From assembly GCA_965112155.1 (NCBI GenBank), contig OZ218105.1: a DNA stretch of 64,000 nt, one strand, 5' to 3'. The DNA is from Podarcis liolepis. Lineage: Eukaryota. Of this stretch, positions 48,101 to 56,929 are shown in pieces (position 1 is the stretch's first letter; every line of letters begins with the position of its first letter). The position numbers were made by a program, and so were the translations under genes. The notes below the pieces were generated by a model. That model saw only the letters and a list, made by a program, of their open reading frames with translations. It was not told where the DNA came from and searched no databases.

Positions 48101-51100
48101 AGAAATCCATCTTTCCATGGAGTGGCCTTATTTATGTACATTGTGATAATGGACAAAAAGTAAGTGGCTTAAATAAGTGTCTATGGTTATGAAAATTCTG
48201 CCAAATGCCTTGGTTTTAGAAAACTAATTTCATGTTGTCAGTTAAGCTTTCATCTATTGCTTTAAAGGGAGTAGTTTGCATTTCCTAGATGAAGTTTGCA
48301 GTTATGGGAGTAAATGAACAATTGCTTGGGGTCAGTTTATCTGAGGAATAACCTGCTTCTATAGGATTGTGCCTGGCCTCAGAGGGTTTTCTCTTTATGC
48401 CTCCCATACATGATATTAAGCAGGCATAAGTGTGTGTTCCATCTTTCTCTTTTGTTGATTGGTTGGTTAATTTTTATTTCTTATTTTTTAATTGCATAAA
48501 ATAGCAAAATACCTTAATATAATAGTAGCCTTACTGTAGTAAGCTCCCTTACTGTATGTGTCCAACTATATTTGCCAGCAGAACTCAAATCCATTAGTAG
48601 TTTCTGTTGAAGGCGTGTCCAGTTAAATATTTATTTTATCTCTGGTCACTTGCTTTTTTAAATTGTGTGTGCTAATATTTCTGTTTAATAATTGTAAGTT
48701 ATCTTGGAAATGTTTTGAAATGTGGGAAATGCATTTCTTCAAGTGTTGGACAACTTATGCTCTTGTATGGAAGTTGTTTTAAAAGTTTAAGAGATGTATG
48801 TGTTGTATTTTCTTTGTTACATTGAATATTTTCACCTTGCTTTTGGGTCCTTGGTTGCAAAGCAGGTTTGAGCATATGCACTGGCCAGCCAGTCTGGGAG
48901 ATAACTATAGGATTAACTTGAGACCAGTAGCTGCAAAATACTATGATTTCGTTTCTTTCTTGTGCATAGCTTGTTAGGGTCCAAATTCGGGAAAATATCT
49001 CTGAGAAGCAATCTGAAACGGTTGCACCAGTTGCCCAAGTAGGTGTTCATCATCAACAGCCTGAGCTTCCTATTATGCACATAAGGCCACTTCAAAAGCC
49101 ATCTTCGACAAAACTTGAAGTAAAGAATCGGACTGTGTTTTTTCCTGAAACAAAGTCTGGGGAAAGCTCAGGTAAGGTCGGTCTTGCGTATGACTAGTAT
49201 CTTTTTGAGTAAAATGTTTTCTAACGGTGAAAACGAAACATGTATTACTTCAGTGAGACAAGCATGACTGGCCATGCATGGCAGCTACTCACAGTCTTGA
49301 AATTCACATTCACACAGTTCACACATAACACTAAGCCAATAACAAATTGGAAAGTGTGCAGGTTTCCAAACGGAGGTTGTATTAATTTCATTATTTTCCA
49401 TGTAATTCATCTCAATCTTGCAGCACTTTAAAGCCCTTTTTATAGAAGACTATAAATATGATCACTCCTGACCAAATGTTATAAGTAATTGCTAATTAGT
49501 ATGTTCCTTTTGGAGCAAAATAAAGTAGATTAATATGTCTTCTACTGTCACTGAACTTAAGAAGCTCCTCAACTCACTGGGCTCTCAGAAGAATGTTACT
49601 CTTGAGTAGCATGTCTTTCCCAGGTTGAAAAGTCTTTGCCTCGTCACACAGAGATCCCCTTGATCTAAGAAACCTCTAGCCTGACTACCAGTCACAGCTT
49701 CTTCCAGTCAAGGCTATAGGACCTCATGGAACCTCTCGGCCAAGAGACCCGCCACACTCCTTGTCTGTAACAAAATTCTCTCTTCCTAGCTAAGCCCCCA
49801 GGCAGTGCCAGGCTTCACAAGTTAATTCTATAACCCCCAAATGAATAGACAAGGAAGATAATCATTCCCATATACTATCTCACAGTCCATGAAAACAAGG
49901 TCCAAATCCTTCACAGGCCCTTATAAGAATAACTGTTACTTGCTATGGATGTTTGTATGTGATGCCAATAAAAGGTTTGATGATGATGATGATGAATAAC
50001 TGTTACATTACTTGCCTGCACTTCTTCTTCCAGAAAAGTACATCGAGATTGAAAATAATGGAGATGCAAATGTGAAGTGGCTATTGTCATCTTTTGCACC
50101 GCCTTATATCAAGGTGAGTAGAAAATCTCAAAAAACAAACACACACTGTCTTTAGGTTATATATTCTGTAATCTTTGCATCTAAACAGTCCTGGCCTGAC
50201 ATGAACATTCAAATAGAGCTCTTCTGACGGAAGAAAAATATTGGAAAATAGGTTTCAAAAGCAACACTGAAAATTCAAACATTTTTAAAAAATTAATCTC
50301 TTTCTGATCTGGTTGCTTACCCTCAACTTGTAGTAGATAGACAAATGTGCATACTCTGTTTTTTATTCAGATCGTATAGATAGACAAGTGCTGGACATAG
50401 GTAAACACTTTAAATTTCAAGTGATCTCAACTGTAGATTCACAATGGAGGTGTTGGAGAACAAACTGGAAAATCATTTTTATGAAATCATTAGATACTGA
50501 AATTAACAACTTCCATGTTAATGGGTGGTATTCATCTAAGTTTTACTTGGAGTAGCCCTGCTGAGCTAAGGGACCTAACTGAGTCATGATCATTAATTCA
50601 AATGGGTCTACTCTGAAAAAAACCTAATTGAACACCACCCAATTTCCAGTCAAAACCCACTTCACTTGCACATGTTCCAAGGCTGCTTTGTAAAACTAGT
50701 GTTTCTGTTTAATAATTTCCTTTCAGGGCTTAGATGACAGTGGAGAGGTTTACAGGGCAACATATACTGCTTTTCGATGTTCATTGCTTTCTGGTATTCT
50801 CAAAGCTCATGGGGAAGAAAAGGTAAGTCACATTGACTGTGTTTTCATCTTAATACACTGCACTTCTGTTTGTCTTCCATCAAAGAAAAATCAGTTAATG
50901 CTTCAAAAGTTCTAGGCTATAACAACTGCATTTTTGTGAAATGAAGTCAGGCTTCTGCTCAAGAATCCATCTTGAAAAATCTAAAGAAATTGAAAAAGTA
51001 GCATCAAGATTACACAATACTGTTCAGTTCTGCGTGAAGAAACTTGCTTTTCTCAGAGTATACTGTGAAGAGTTAACTTTGAGATATGGGTTGACTTCAC

Positions 51101-54100
51101 CTACTCTGCATGTGCAGTGTCACATGACATAAATTTGTAGACCTACTTCATTTGAATTTGTAGTCATACAAGGCAGGAGGGGATCAGGATCCTCATGTGA
51201 CATAGAGCATCTCTTCCACACTCCCCTCACAATTGCAATTACTTCCTGAGCTAGAAAGTGACACTTTTCATAGGAAAAAAGGACATACTAGTGACTCATA
51301 CTGCTTGTGGGGATGATTGCGAAAGCAGGTAAACTACAAACTCCAGTAACAAGAATGGTTGTCAGATGGATGTTAAAGGCTGCATTGTCCTATAGCTGTA
51401 ATCTCAAGGCATTTGCTGAATAGAAAGTTGATCCTCTGATCAATCAAATTTTTACTTTACTTTGTGTTGATATCCCATTGCCTTTGCTCTCCCTCACCCC
51501 CTGACCCCCATTGCTGGCATGCCAAGAACATGGTGTCTCTCACATTATTTCTTTCCTTACCTGATGAACCAGTTACTAAATACAGAGTGAAATAAAACAA
51601 AACAAAGCAAAACAGCTGCTTGTTTACAAAGGAAGAGTTAACATTCAATATTCTCTCTCTTTGTACCTTGAAAATCATTCATAAAACACTACTAAGAAGG
51701 CTTGTCTGCCTTTTCCCTCCCCACACTGGTTGATGGCCTGCCATCAACAGGCAAACACCTTTTTATTTAAACAGGCAATTGGCATGCTGGGCTGAATTGT
51801 TTTGCTCAGCTGTTCTGTGTTTTAATATGCATTTCTAATTGATGTTTGTAACTAGCCGACATTTTAATCAACTTTTGTCTCGTGTTATCTGATCTTATTG
51901 TTATCCTTAGTTTGGATTTTTTTTAATGGAAAGGTGAAGGATAAATTGTCCCTCAATTCTCCCCCTATATTTCGCATGGCAAACTTCTTTTCTCTGAGTG
52001 AGGACAGTCACTGTGCTTCAGAAAATCTCGTCACATGAACCTAGAGGCAGGGCTGAACACTGATAGAGCTGTCTTAATGAAGGTTCATCTTCCAGCTTCC
52101 CTAGAAATTGAAGGAGGAATCTACTAGTTATTCCTCTGAGCTCATGGACTGGTATCTGCTGAAGGATAGTATCTTCCTTCTGCCCTCCTTAACAGGAATT
52201 CATGTTTGGGAATTTTAGTAAAGACCTCCCATTTCCCAGATGTTGTGCTGCACCAGATATTACCTAAGTGGTCATACATAATCAAAAGGGTTATGGTTAA
52301 ATGGGTACAACCATGGGCATCCTCAGGATTTGCAGAAGGAGACAGGGTGAGAGGGCATAAAGTGAAATATTGAAAGAGGGGTCCAGGCTAGTTTCTCACA
52401 AAAATTAGGAAAAAAATAGTATATCAGGCTTTACAAATTCTAGAAACTGTATTTTTCAATATGAAAGCTGATAGTAATAGAAATCCAGGAATTATGGTTC
52501 CTCTGGAGGGAGCAACTACCCTCCTTCTGGAGGCCTATGGGTAGAACTAATCATTCAGGATCATTGGGGAACTTACATAAATTGGATAAGGAACTTATAC
52601 CTTGTTAATATTGGCCCCTGGGGTTGGTCTTGTATCAGCAGTCCAGGTAGTGTCAGTGACATTACATAGGTTGGAATAGCACTTTCGCCAACTCTGACAG
52701 ACACAAAAGAAATGGCTGTCAATTCAGTCAAATTTGGAAAATAATTTATTCTCTAACTTACTTTCTTCATAGGTTGTAGTCACCTTTTTACCTAGAGACA
52801 GAGGACACTATTCTCAGTTCTGGGATCTCGAGTGTCACCCACTTCACGAATCTCACTTAAAAGACAAACACAGACTTCAGTTTTGTGGAATGGTGAGTAT
52901 ATGAATGAGATCATTATTTTATTTATCAGAGATTAATACTCAACAAGGTTTCATTCCTTGTTGAGATGTAATGTGAAACATTGTCATTTCATCATTTGTG
53001 TAGTCTCATCATTTGTCTAGCCTCCTCCATACAAAAGAACCCTCATAATAATAATATTCTTGTCTAATCTAAATGCTTAAAGCATACAGGATTTAAACAA
53101 CTTTTGTAGCTTTATGCTAGATACTTTTTACCTGTTTCCAGACAAGGTATGTCTGTGGGGACATACACATAGCAAAAAGGTCCCAAAGCACTAGGTGCTT
53201 TTGTCTCCAGCCACTAGGTTAGATTAGATGGATTATTTAATTTCTGTATCACTTAATATATTAAGAAGTAACAACAGACATCTTAAGCAAATATTACCAA
53301 AATACAGTTACATATTAAAATGTTACATTAATATGAAGTTTTATCTGTCTATCTATGCACATTTTCTTTCTGACACACCCTCCCCTTAGCTTCTCACCCA
53401 GGGTCTAAACAAACTCTCAGTTCACCCGCAAAAGTTTCATGAGAAGAGTTCTCGAAACAGTGGACAACACCCTAGTCTCACTATAGACTTGCTTTTTATG
53501 GGCAACAGGATTGGAGAATCTGTGGTCCTTCAAATGTTGTTGGATTACCTCATCCCCATCCAGTAGTTGATGACAGTTGAAATGTAACATCTGGAGGATG
53601 TCAGCTTTCTCCTCCTCCTCTGCATTAGATGATTCAGCTAGATGTTGAGTTAGAAAATACCTCTTAGAAGCCAGTCTTGCTTATGCCTAGTTAGCGAATG
53701 GTCACAGGTTCCTATTCTTTATTCTGCTGCTTCCATTCTGTTTGAGCAAGTCCTCCCTTACAAGTCAGACAGAGAAGGAAAAACAACAAGATAACAAGTG
53801 CTGAACTGTGCTACTTTGAACCTGCTTCTGCACTCATGATTCTTCAGTGGTACATTTTTCCTACTCAGTACAATGGCCTGAAGAGTTTTGTAATATTGTC
53901 AGCCTACAAGTGACGTATGTAGTAAGTGAAATCCTCACTTAGTAGTGTATCTGCCTCAAAACTAAAATTGTTTTTGACAACAAAAGTAGTCCTTCTCAAA
54001 GTAATGAATTTTATTTTTCACACCCATGTAAAAATGTTCAGCCTAGTTCAGGGAGCTAATACTAGTGTATAACTTCAGATGTTTCTCGCATCAGGGTATC

Positions 54101-56304
54101 TTAGGAAATGAAGATTTAAAAAATGAAGATTCCACAGCTGCTTTAGTAAAAGTCAGCGTTCGAGATGTGACCCTAAGAAGAGATTACCCTAATAGCTCTG
54201 AACACAAAATGTGGTATGTGAAAATGATTTTTTTTGTAAGCCATATGTCTACTCCTTCATCATCAACAAAGTAAAACTTGATCATTGTTGCTTACGTGAC
54301 ATAAGGTGATTCAGCTTCAAAGGAGGAACTGAGAGTGATATTCTTTCCTATGCTGAAGTGAAATCCATTTTATTTCCTTTTTATCCCACCCTCTTCCAAG
54401 GAACTCCAGCTGGCTTAGATGGCTAGCAGATGGTTCGCTTATTTTTACAGTTAATAGCTTCAGACAAAAAATTATAGCAACAATGGGTTATCAAAGAACC
54501 CGCACCCAACAATATTACAGAATGTTTGCAAAATGCATTTTCACTAAAACTAAACAGTAAAGTGGGTTTGGTGGGACTCTCTAGGAAAGATACTATCCAG
54601 TTGCGGTTCCAACAATGTGCCAAATGTTGATTCTTTGCTTTCAAAGAAATACATTACAAGAATATTACTAACACAGATATAATAATAGACATGATTGTTC
54701 GACTGTATTTTTACATTTCTCAAAAACAGGAAGGGGGTACATGCCCAGGAAGACATTTATAAATTTCCTCCAACTAGAATTGGTGAATCCAGTACACTGA
54801 AAATTACTGTGAGGAATTATTCTTCCTTTTCAAACAAGGTATATATAGAATTAATAGTATTGTTTCAAGATGTGTTTATATAATAACTCTTACTCCTTAG
54901 CATCTAATTCCTGATAGTAGGTCTCGGGCTAAATTTCTTTCTACCAATGTTTGTTTTCTGGTCATTCACTTCCCAGCATTCATCTCATTTTCAGCTGAAC
55001 ACCAATTACCTCTCATTTTAAAATTGTACACTATATTGAATGTAAATCCCAATCTTGGAACCTGTGCTGTGGATTGATTGTTGACCAAATATTAAAAGCT
55101 TAAACACTACAAACCTTTTCTGGTCTAAATCCAACAAAGTTGGGAGTGGGTTTAAGCAAGCTTAACTGTTTTGGATGCAGACTTTTTTTGTTAAACCTGC
55201 ATCCCAATATATCTTTTATCTTATTGCTGAACTCTGGGGAACTATGTGCTTAGTTTTTAATGATTATAGTAAGCTGAATTGTCTTAACCATTTCTTGTTA
55301 AATTGCAGCTGAAGTTCAGATGTCCCAGAGAGCCGTTTTACATCAAACATTCCCATTATACTTTGAGGTAAGTGAACTCAAATGTTCTAAAGCTTCAGCT
55401 TTTACCTGGATTAGGAGGATGTGTATTGGCCGTGCTGGTGTGAATGGGAGTTGTCATTAAACAACATCTGGGGAGCACCATGTTGACTGTCTCTAGAACA
55501 GCAGTTCTCAGCCTGTGGGTCCCCAGATGTTGTTGGACTACAACTCCCATCATCCCTGAGCTCTGGCCTTGCTAGCTGGGGTGATGGGAGTTGTAGTTCA
55601 ACAACATCTGGGGACCCACAGGTTGAGAAAGGCTGCTCTAGAACATTTGTCTTGATACCCCTGCATAGCCCATGCGGTTGTGGCACTGGAGACACTCAAA
55701 GTAAATGCCTGTGTTATGTCCTGTACGCACATTTTCTCGAATGGCTTACGTTTCTTGGTTATGCTGTTGTCAAAGATCAAAGACACAAAGAGACTTTTAA
55801 ATGTTCTTACATATTCAAAAAGTTTGTAAATACTTAAATATTTTTTATTTAGTTGTATTGTTTTGCTGCTTTGTTATTTGCTGCCCTGGCCTCCTTTGGG
55901 AGGTAAGTGGGATAGAAATGTAATTACTGATAACAGTTAATAATCCATAATGATTGATAAACCAGTTTGAACTCCACACAATATTATGCCACTGACTGCA
56001 GTATTCTGGCCAGTTAGCAAATGAACTTTCTGCTGGCTCTTGCAGACCTACAGAGCTCCCAAAAAGATGGTAAAGAGCTACAGTACTTAACATACTTTTC
56101 TCTAGAAATCTCAAACTGAAGCAGCCTGTTAAGGAATTGTCTAACTGTTGTAAACTTGTCTCTTGCAGATGCCACCACTACTGCAACTTACCAGTACAGT
56201 TCAAGCCAGTATCAGCAGGCACTTTCAAAGGCTTATTGATGGTAGAGACAGACAAAAGTGGCACTCTTACCATTCAGCTCACTGGTGTGGGTTTGGCGGA
56301 ATAG
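8980..56304 (+). CDS. CEP192: CEP192 centrosomal protein (Spd-2 orthologue); 46 coding exons, 7401 nt, about 2466 aa
   Basis: Starts MEDFKCIADETFPS. Conserved PLK4-binding (DEEFCDGQLETYFEQL) and Aurora-A-binding (VVYQNEDGRWVTDLAYYTSF...EEFEREHRFIQEE) segments, SYLRLSLGEFFGQRSEALGCLGG, ISTIASAIANASVSTDPAQLAA, and C-terminal ASH/SPD2 repeats. All introns GT-AG, cumulative phases consistent; SEH1L-CEP192 synteny. Confidence 0.97.
10103..10216 (+). CDS. CEP192: CEP192 coding exon 2
   Basis: ttgcag|...|gtaaga; QYDEVSYMDNRFPAPLASSCSGESDSDPRKTLNFQDT. Confidence 0.88.
11758..11909 (+). CDS. CEP192: CEP192 coding exon 3
   Basis: tctcag|...|gtaggc; ECCNKAADNQLESSQEE...LSLQHLE; phase fits its neighbours. 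Confidence 0.8.
12649..12701 (+). CDS. CEP192: CEP192 coding exon 4
   Basis: tttcag|...|gtaact; LTARIFASFEKDNEDYK; phase fits. Confidence 0.75.
12760..13010 (-). mobile_element. CR1 LINE reverse-transcriptase fragment
   Basis: Minus-strand translation VPVKLVESFKDK...QQHGFCKDKACLSTTFGFFESVAKHVESDASEDIIYL resembles the CR1 RT motif QHGF..GKSCLTNL..F......D....VD.IYL. Confidence 0.8.
13171..13300 (+). CDS. CEP192: CEP192 coding exon 5
   Basis: ttgtag|...|gtattg; ...FIENEQPLSFASLEGNST. Confidence 0.85.
13566..13717 (+). CDS. CEP192: CEP192 coding exon 6 (PLK4-binding acidic segment)
   Basis: aattag|...|gtaagt; YEIGDEEFCDGQLETYFEQLVLPEMQMEDVEE. Confidence 0.92.
14348..14491 (+). CDS. CEP192: CEP192 coding exon 7
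   Basis: cttcag|...|gtgcgt; EKFQIPTVCQAARTDS...TARQE. Confidence 0.8.
14659..14815 (+). CDS. CEP192: CEP192 coding exon 8
   Basis: caacag|...|gtgaca (an alternative same-phase donor at 14794 is possible); VECSKPSLNSGHRDSF. Confidence 0.72.
15089..15156 (+). CDS. CEP192: CEP192 coding exon 9
   Basis: ctgcag|...|gtaagt; CHDSSEEDGIPVKTKTVSSSRN. Confidence 0.75.
15874..16093 (+). CDS. CEP192: CEP192 coding exon 10
   Basis: taaaag|...|gttagt; DATNVTDCELKLDSLYF...LADAYLSPSAYKG. Confidence 0.82.
16520..16651 (+). CDS. CEP192: CEP192 coding exon 11 (Aurora-A-binding region)
   Basis: ttttag|...|gtaagc; DPPHDVVYQNEDGRWVTDLAYYTSFNKE. Confidence 0.95.
17785..17849 (+). CDS. CEP192: CEP192 coding exon 12
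   Basis: gaaaag|...|gtagga; EAIAVIDQDQEEFEREHRFIQ. Confidence 0.93.
17936..18133 (+). CDS. CEP192: CEP192 coding exon 13
   Basis: tttcag|...|gtacgt; DASYLRLSLGEFFGQRSEALGCLGGEGDVKR. Confidence 0.95.
18586..18706 (+). CDS. CEP192: CEP192 coding exon 14
   Basis: ttacag|...|gtaatt; PSFGYHITSPEKRQPLPLWRQSDVSR. Confidence 0.93.
19455..19806 (+). mobile_element. Full-length Sauria SINE
   Basis: GGGACG..TGGTGATGCTGTGG head, GGTTCGAATCC B box, (ACCTTT)-type tail; 14-bp TSD TATTTAATGGTACA (19441-19454 / 19807-19820). Confidence 0.93.
20376..20470 (+). CDS. CEP192: CEP192 coding exon 15
   Basis: tcttag|...|gtaagt; DVEESIKEDSHIASATFTLCEVSAKDTERGR. Confidence 0.82.
20569..21065. mobile_element. Non-autonomous Tc1/mariner (Tc2/pogo-like) MITE
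   Basis: TA target duplication; 22-bp TIRs CCGTATTTTTCCATGTATAAGA with 1 mismatch; internal degenerate C-rich repeats. Confidence 0.85.
21401..22040 (+). CDS. CEP192: CEP192 coding exon 16
   Basis: ttctag|...|gtaagt; ILSISTIASAIANASVSTDPAQLAALM...FDIEKYLRKT. Confidence 0.93.
22960..23190 (+). CDS. CEP192: CEP192 coding exon 17
   Basis: atccag|...|gtgagt; ...NNEKRIAFEN. Confidence 0.88.
24478..24612 (-). mobile_element. L2 LINE extreme 3' fragment with (TAA)n tail
   Basis: Closely matches the 3' end of the L2 copy at 57110-57499 (TTTATACCCC.CCCATCTGGCTGGG..TCCCCA.CCACTCTGGGCGGCT). Confidence 0.75.
25120..25267 (+). CDS. CEP192: CEP192 coding exon 18 (PLK1 docking HSSP)
   Basis: attcag|...|gtaact; DDEQYSFRPSTSPLIHSSPNEASGT. 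Confidence 0.9.
25788..26284 (+). mobile_element. Truncated Tc1/mariner (Tigger-like) element with a GC-rich palindromic interior
   Basis: TA|CAGTGGTGCCTC left end; no right TIR found; CpG-rich nested inverted repeats 25917-26270. Confidence 0.7.
27242..27410 (+). CDS. CEP192: CEP192 coding exon 19
   Basis: ttttag|...|gtaagt; ...SLGRLTFVSATEK. Confidence 0.88.
27621..27708 (+). mobile_element. Tc1/mariner MITE left-end fragment
   Basis: TA|CAGTGGTACCTCTGGTT..AACTTAAT, related to the end of the element at 36976. Confidence 0.55.
29215..30025 (+). CDS. CEP192: CEP192 coding exon 20 (large exon)
   Basis: attcag|...|gtaagt; lies within the 316-aa ORF; TLLTGCSLRTTPFAQQYLRSLPS. Confidence 0.92.
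30404..30552 (+). CDS. CEP192: CEP192 coding exon 21 (start of ASH repeats)
   Basis: tcctag|...|gtatgt; RVKVPEEVTFPNACCVGLTSHTVLSILNPSERWLQVSIG. Confidence 0.95.
31022..31252 (+). CDS. CEP192: CEP192 coding exon 22
   Basis: ttgcag|...|gtaaaa; HRCFLFKNKTVIGP...SIASWPFTADADTIVQAQALA. Confidence 0.95.
32673..32798 (+). CDS. CEP192: CEP192 coding exon 23
   Basis: tatcag|...|gtaagt; LDFGDMPSGSWKALPLKLTNKTCARVPVRLVIYA. Confidence 0.95.
33299..34722. mobile_element. Non-autonomous hAT (Charlie-like) DNA transposon carrying about 1.2 kb of CpG-rich cargo
   Basis: Perfect 15-bp TIRs CAGTGTTTCCCAACC / GGTTGGGAAACACTG; perfect 8-bp TSD AAGTAGAT (33291-33298 / 34723-34730); GGCACAC subterminal repeats at both ends; no transposase. 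Confidence 0.93.
35653..36018 (-). mobile_element. Full-length Sauria SINE (different subfamily), minus strand
   Basis: Reverse complement begins GGGACGCGGGTGGCGCTGTGG; GGTTCGAATCC B box; (ACCTTT) tail; 14-bp TSD TAATCTGGCTTCTA (35639-35652 / 36019-36032). Confidence 0.93.
36248..36388 (+). CDS. CEP192: CEP192 coding exon 24
   Basis: ttacag|...|gtaagt; NAVAWRCFTFSKEPV. Confidence 0.95.
36883..36943 (+). CDS. CEP192: CEP192 coding exon 25
   Basis: ttccag|...|gtatag; EPDVLVVWVQFHAPSKCITS. Confidence 0.92.
36976..37222. mobile_element. Tc1/mariner MITE (247 bp)
   Basis: TA TSD; 23-bp TIRs CAGTGGTACCTTGGTTGTCAAAC with 1 mismatch. Confidence 0.9.
38255..38391 (+). CDS. CEP192: CEP192 coding exon 26
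   Basis: attcag|...|gtacat; ADEYFARIDVEVDCP...ARSGTPRIYAPKGLQ. Confidence 0.94.
38480..38572 (+). CDS. CEP192: CEP192 coding exon 27
   Basis: ttctag|...|gtaggt; TRQQLPLKNAGNIKVDLKIL. Confidence 0.94.
39481..39596 (+). CDS. CEP192: CEP192 coding exon 28
   Basis: ttctag|...|gtaaag; ISVNPEDLVLIPGEEQEVTVVFSPKD. Confidence 0.94.
39678..39854 (+). CDS. CEP192: CEP192 coding exon 29
   Basis: taatag|...|gtaagt; PPILANKQFLTWGGIQLGRT. Confidence 0.95.
40683..40773 (+). CDS. CEP192: CEP192 coding exon 30
   Basis: tttcag|...|gtaagt; QQKLILRNNSPSITQQLRLLIRGQDQDCFQ. Confidence 0.95.
41572..41736 (+). CDS. CEP192: CEP192 coding exon 31
   Basis: ttgcag|...|gtaagt; NCEIKIRPK...FTPTRLTCMYAKLEMKQLG...GIKFT. 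Confidence 0.95.
42396..42662 (+). CDS. CEP192: CEP192 coding exon 32
   Basis: tttcag|...|gtaata; IPLYGYGGNSNL...SVQNTGSRAAYVKA. Confidence 0.95.
42846..42952 (+). CDS. CEP192: CEP192 coding exon 33
   Basis: tctcag|...|gtaagg; LSTICFVYGDEILRQQYR. Confidence 0.94.
43089..43284. mobile_element. hAT MITE
   Basis: 16-bp TIRs CAGAGCTTT(T/C)CAAACT; degenerate 8-bp TSD TATTACTA/TATTAGTG; TGTGTC subterminal repeats. Confidence 0.75.
44159..44268 (+). CDS. CEP192: CEP192 coding exon 34
   Basis: actcag|...|gtaagc; ...VKFDEEFPGEELVTE. Confidence 0.93.
44369..44684 (+). mobile_element. 5'-truncated Sauria SINE
   Basis: Body nearly identical to 19500-19800; (CCTTTA)4 tail; 13-bp TSD TACCACTTTCCCT (44356-44368 / 44685-44697). 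Confidence 0.92.
45428..45569 (+). CDS. CEP192: CEP192 coding exon 35
   Basis: ctctag|...|gtaatt; YDLPQHSFDIQYFFMNMRRIIVS. Confidence 0.92.
46018..46187 (+). CDS. CEP192: CEP192 coding exon 36
   Basis: tcatag|...|gtatgt; NMTLDVLPVKGPHG...WTLQPEFLILTAPS. Confidence 0.93.
46483..46724. mobile_element. Tc1/mariner MITE, same family as 36976-37222, opposite orientation
   Basis: TA TSD; ~24-bp imperfect TIRs CAGTCATACCTTGGTTCTGGAACG; interior aligns to the reverse complement of 37030-37165. Confidence 0.85.
47038..47161 (+). CDS. CEP192: CEP192 coding exon 37
   Basis: caaaag|...|gtaagt; NNSNRSLTFELSWPAHCLTVTPQHGTIEP. Confidence 0.95.
48054..48159 (+). CDS. CEP192: CEP192 coding exon 38
   Basis: ttctag|...|gtaagt; VSPNPSL...FPWSGLIYVHCDNGQK. 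Confidence 0.95.
48970..49171 (+). CDS. CEP192: CEP192 coding exon 39
   Basis: gcatag|...|gtaagg; LVRVQIRENI...KPSSTKLEVKNRTVFFPETKSGES. Confidence 0.93.
49940..49993 (+). mobile_element. Severely 5'-truncated non-LTR retroposon 3' end (AATAAA plus (TGA)n tail)
   Basis: Perfect 13-bp TSD GAATAACTGTTAC (49927-49939 / 49994-50006). Confidence 0.8.
50034..50113 (+). CDS. CEP192: CEP192 coding exon 40
   Basis: ttccag|...|gtgagt; IEIENNGDANVKWLLSSFAPPYIK. Confidence 0.95.
50727..50822 (+). CDS. CEP192: CEP192 coding exon 41
   Basis: tttcag|...|gtaagt; GLDDSGEVYRATYTAFRCS. Confidence 0.95.
52773..52892 (+). CDS. CEP192: CEP192 coding exon 42
   Basis: tcatag|...|gtgagt; VTFLPRDRGHYSQFWDLECHP. 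Confidence 0.95.
54095..54213 (+). CDS. CEP192: CEP192 coding exon 43 (linker)
   Basis: catcag|...|gtatgt; GILGNEDLKNEDSTAALVKV; phase fits. Confidence 0.82.
54730..54838 (+). CDS. CEP192: CEP192 coding exon 44
   Basis: aaacag|...|gtatat; KGVHAQEDIYKFPPTRIGESSTLKITVRNYS. Confidence 0.93.
55309..55367 (+). CDS. CEP192: CEP192 coding exon 45
   Basis: ttgcag|...|gtaagt; LKFRCPREPFYIKHSHYTL. Confidence 0.94.
55499..55635. mobile_element. hAT-Charlie-type fold-back MITE (137 bp)
   Basis: Perfect 8-bp TSD CTCTAGAA (NTCTAGAN consensus); almost the whole element is an inverted repeat. Confidence 0.88.
56169..56304 (+). CDS. CEP192: CEP192 terminal coding exon 46
   Basis: ttgcag|...TAG; HHYCNLPVQFKPVSAGTFKGLLMVETDKSGTLTIQLTGVGLAE*. 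Confidence 0.95.
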
Positions 56305-56426
56305 TCGTTTAAAGAGCTACCGTTTTCAGTACGCGATGAATTCACAACTAAATTATTGAATGACAGGTTCTTTTTTGTTGTTGTAGACAGACTATTTTGT
56401 AGGAAATGGAGGTGCTTGTAATTTTA

Positions 56427-56740
56427 AATAAAGTAATTTTGTATGTTATCATGCAACTTACACTACTGCACTTTGGCTGTTGAAAGCAGCATTGTGTCTT
56501 ATTTTTGTATTGATTATGACTTTACAAATGACACTGTGTTTTTAAACATGTTTTTTTTTTTTAAAAAAATAAAGTTTTCCACTAAATTCTTGTCCGCTTT
56601 ACAGCACCTATCACTAAACTCCATGTGGCTTACCTGTTTCTATCGAGCTCTATATTCCAGTAGAAAAAGAGTTACAATTTTCTGCAGATCCCTTCCTCTA
56701 TTGCGTAGCTCAAAAGTGAATCCTGGTGTGCTTTAATAAA
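56427..56740 (+). terminator. CEP192 polyadenylation signals (AATAAA at 56427, 56568, 56735)
   Basis: Three AATAAA within about 440 nt after the stop codon. Confidence 0.6.
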
Positions 56741-56929
56741 TTTGCACTAGGTTTGTTATGATGAATATTATTTAAAGCTGCTTAGAGCTCAAAAACTACT
56801 GAGGTATAGTTTCTGGTTTGCCTACTGAGTTCAGGAAACACATTGTGACTTCAGCCTAATGGGAATTGAGCTAAGAAATGCAACTCATAAACAGAGGTTA
56901 GATGATCATATGTCATGGATGATTTAGTT

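Noticed and set aside
54458-54556. 99-nt frame-preserving candidate cassette exon (FRQKIIATMGYQRTRTQ...) between exons 43 and 44
   Set aside because: Weak donor (CA|gtaaag), a competing upstream AG and no similarity to recalled CEP192; needs junction reads.
8980-56304. U12-type or non-canonical introns in CEP192
   Set aside because: All 45 traced coding introns are GT-AG with U2-type donors; no GTATCCTT or ATATCC donor was found.
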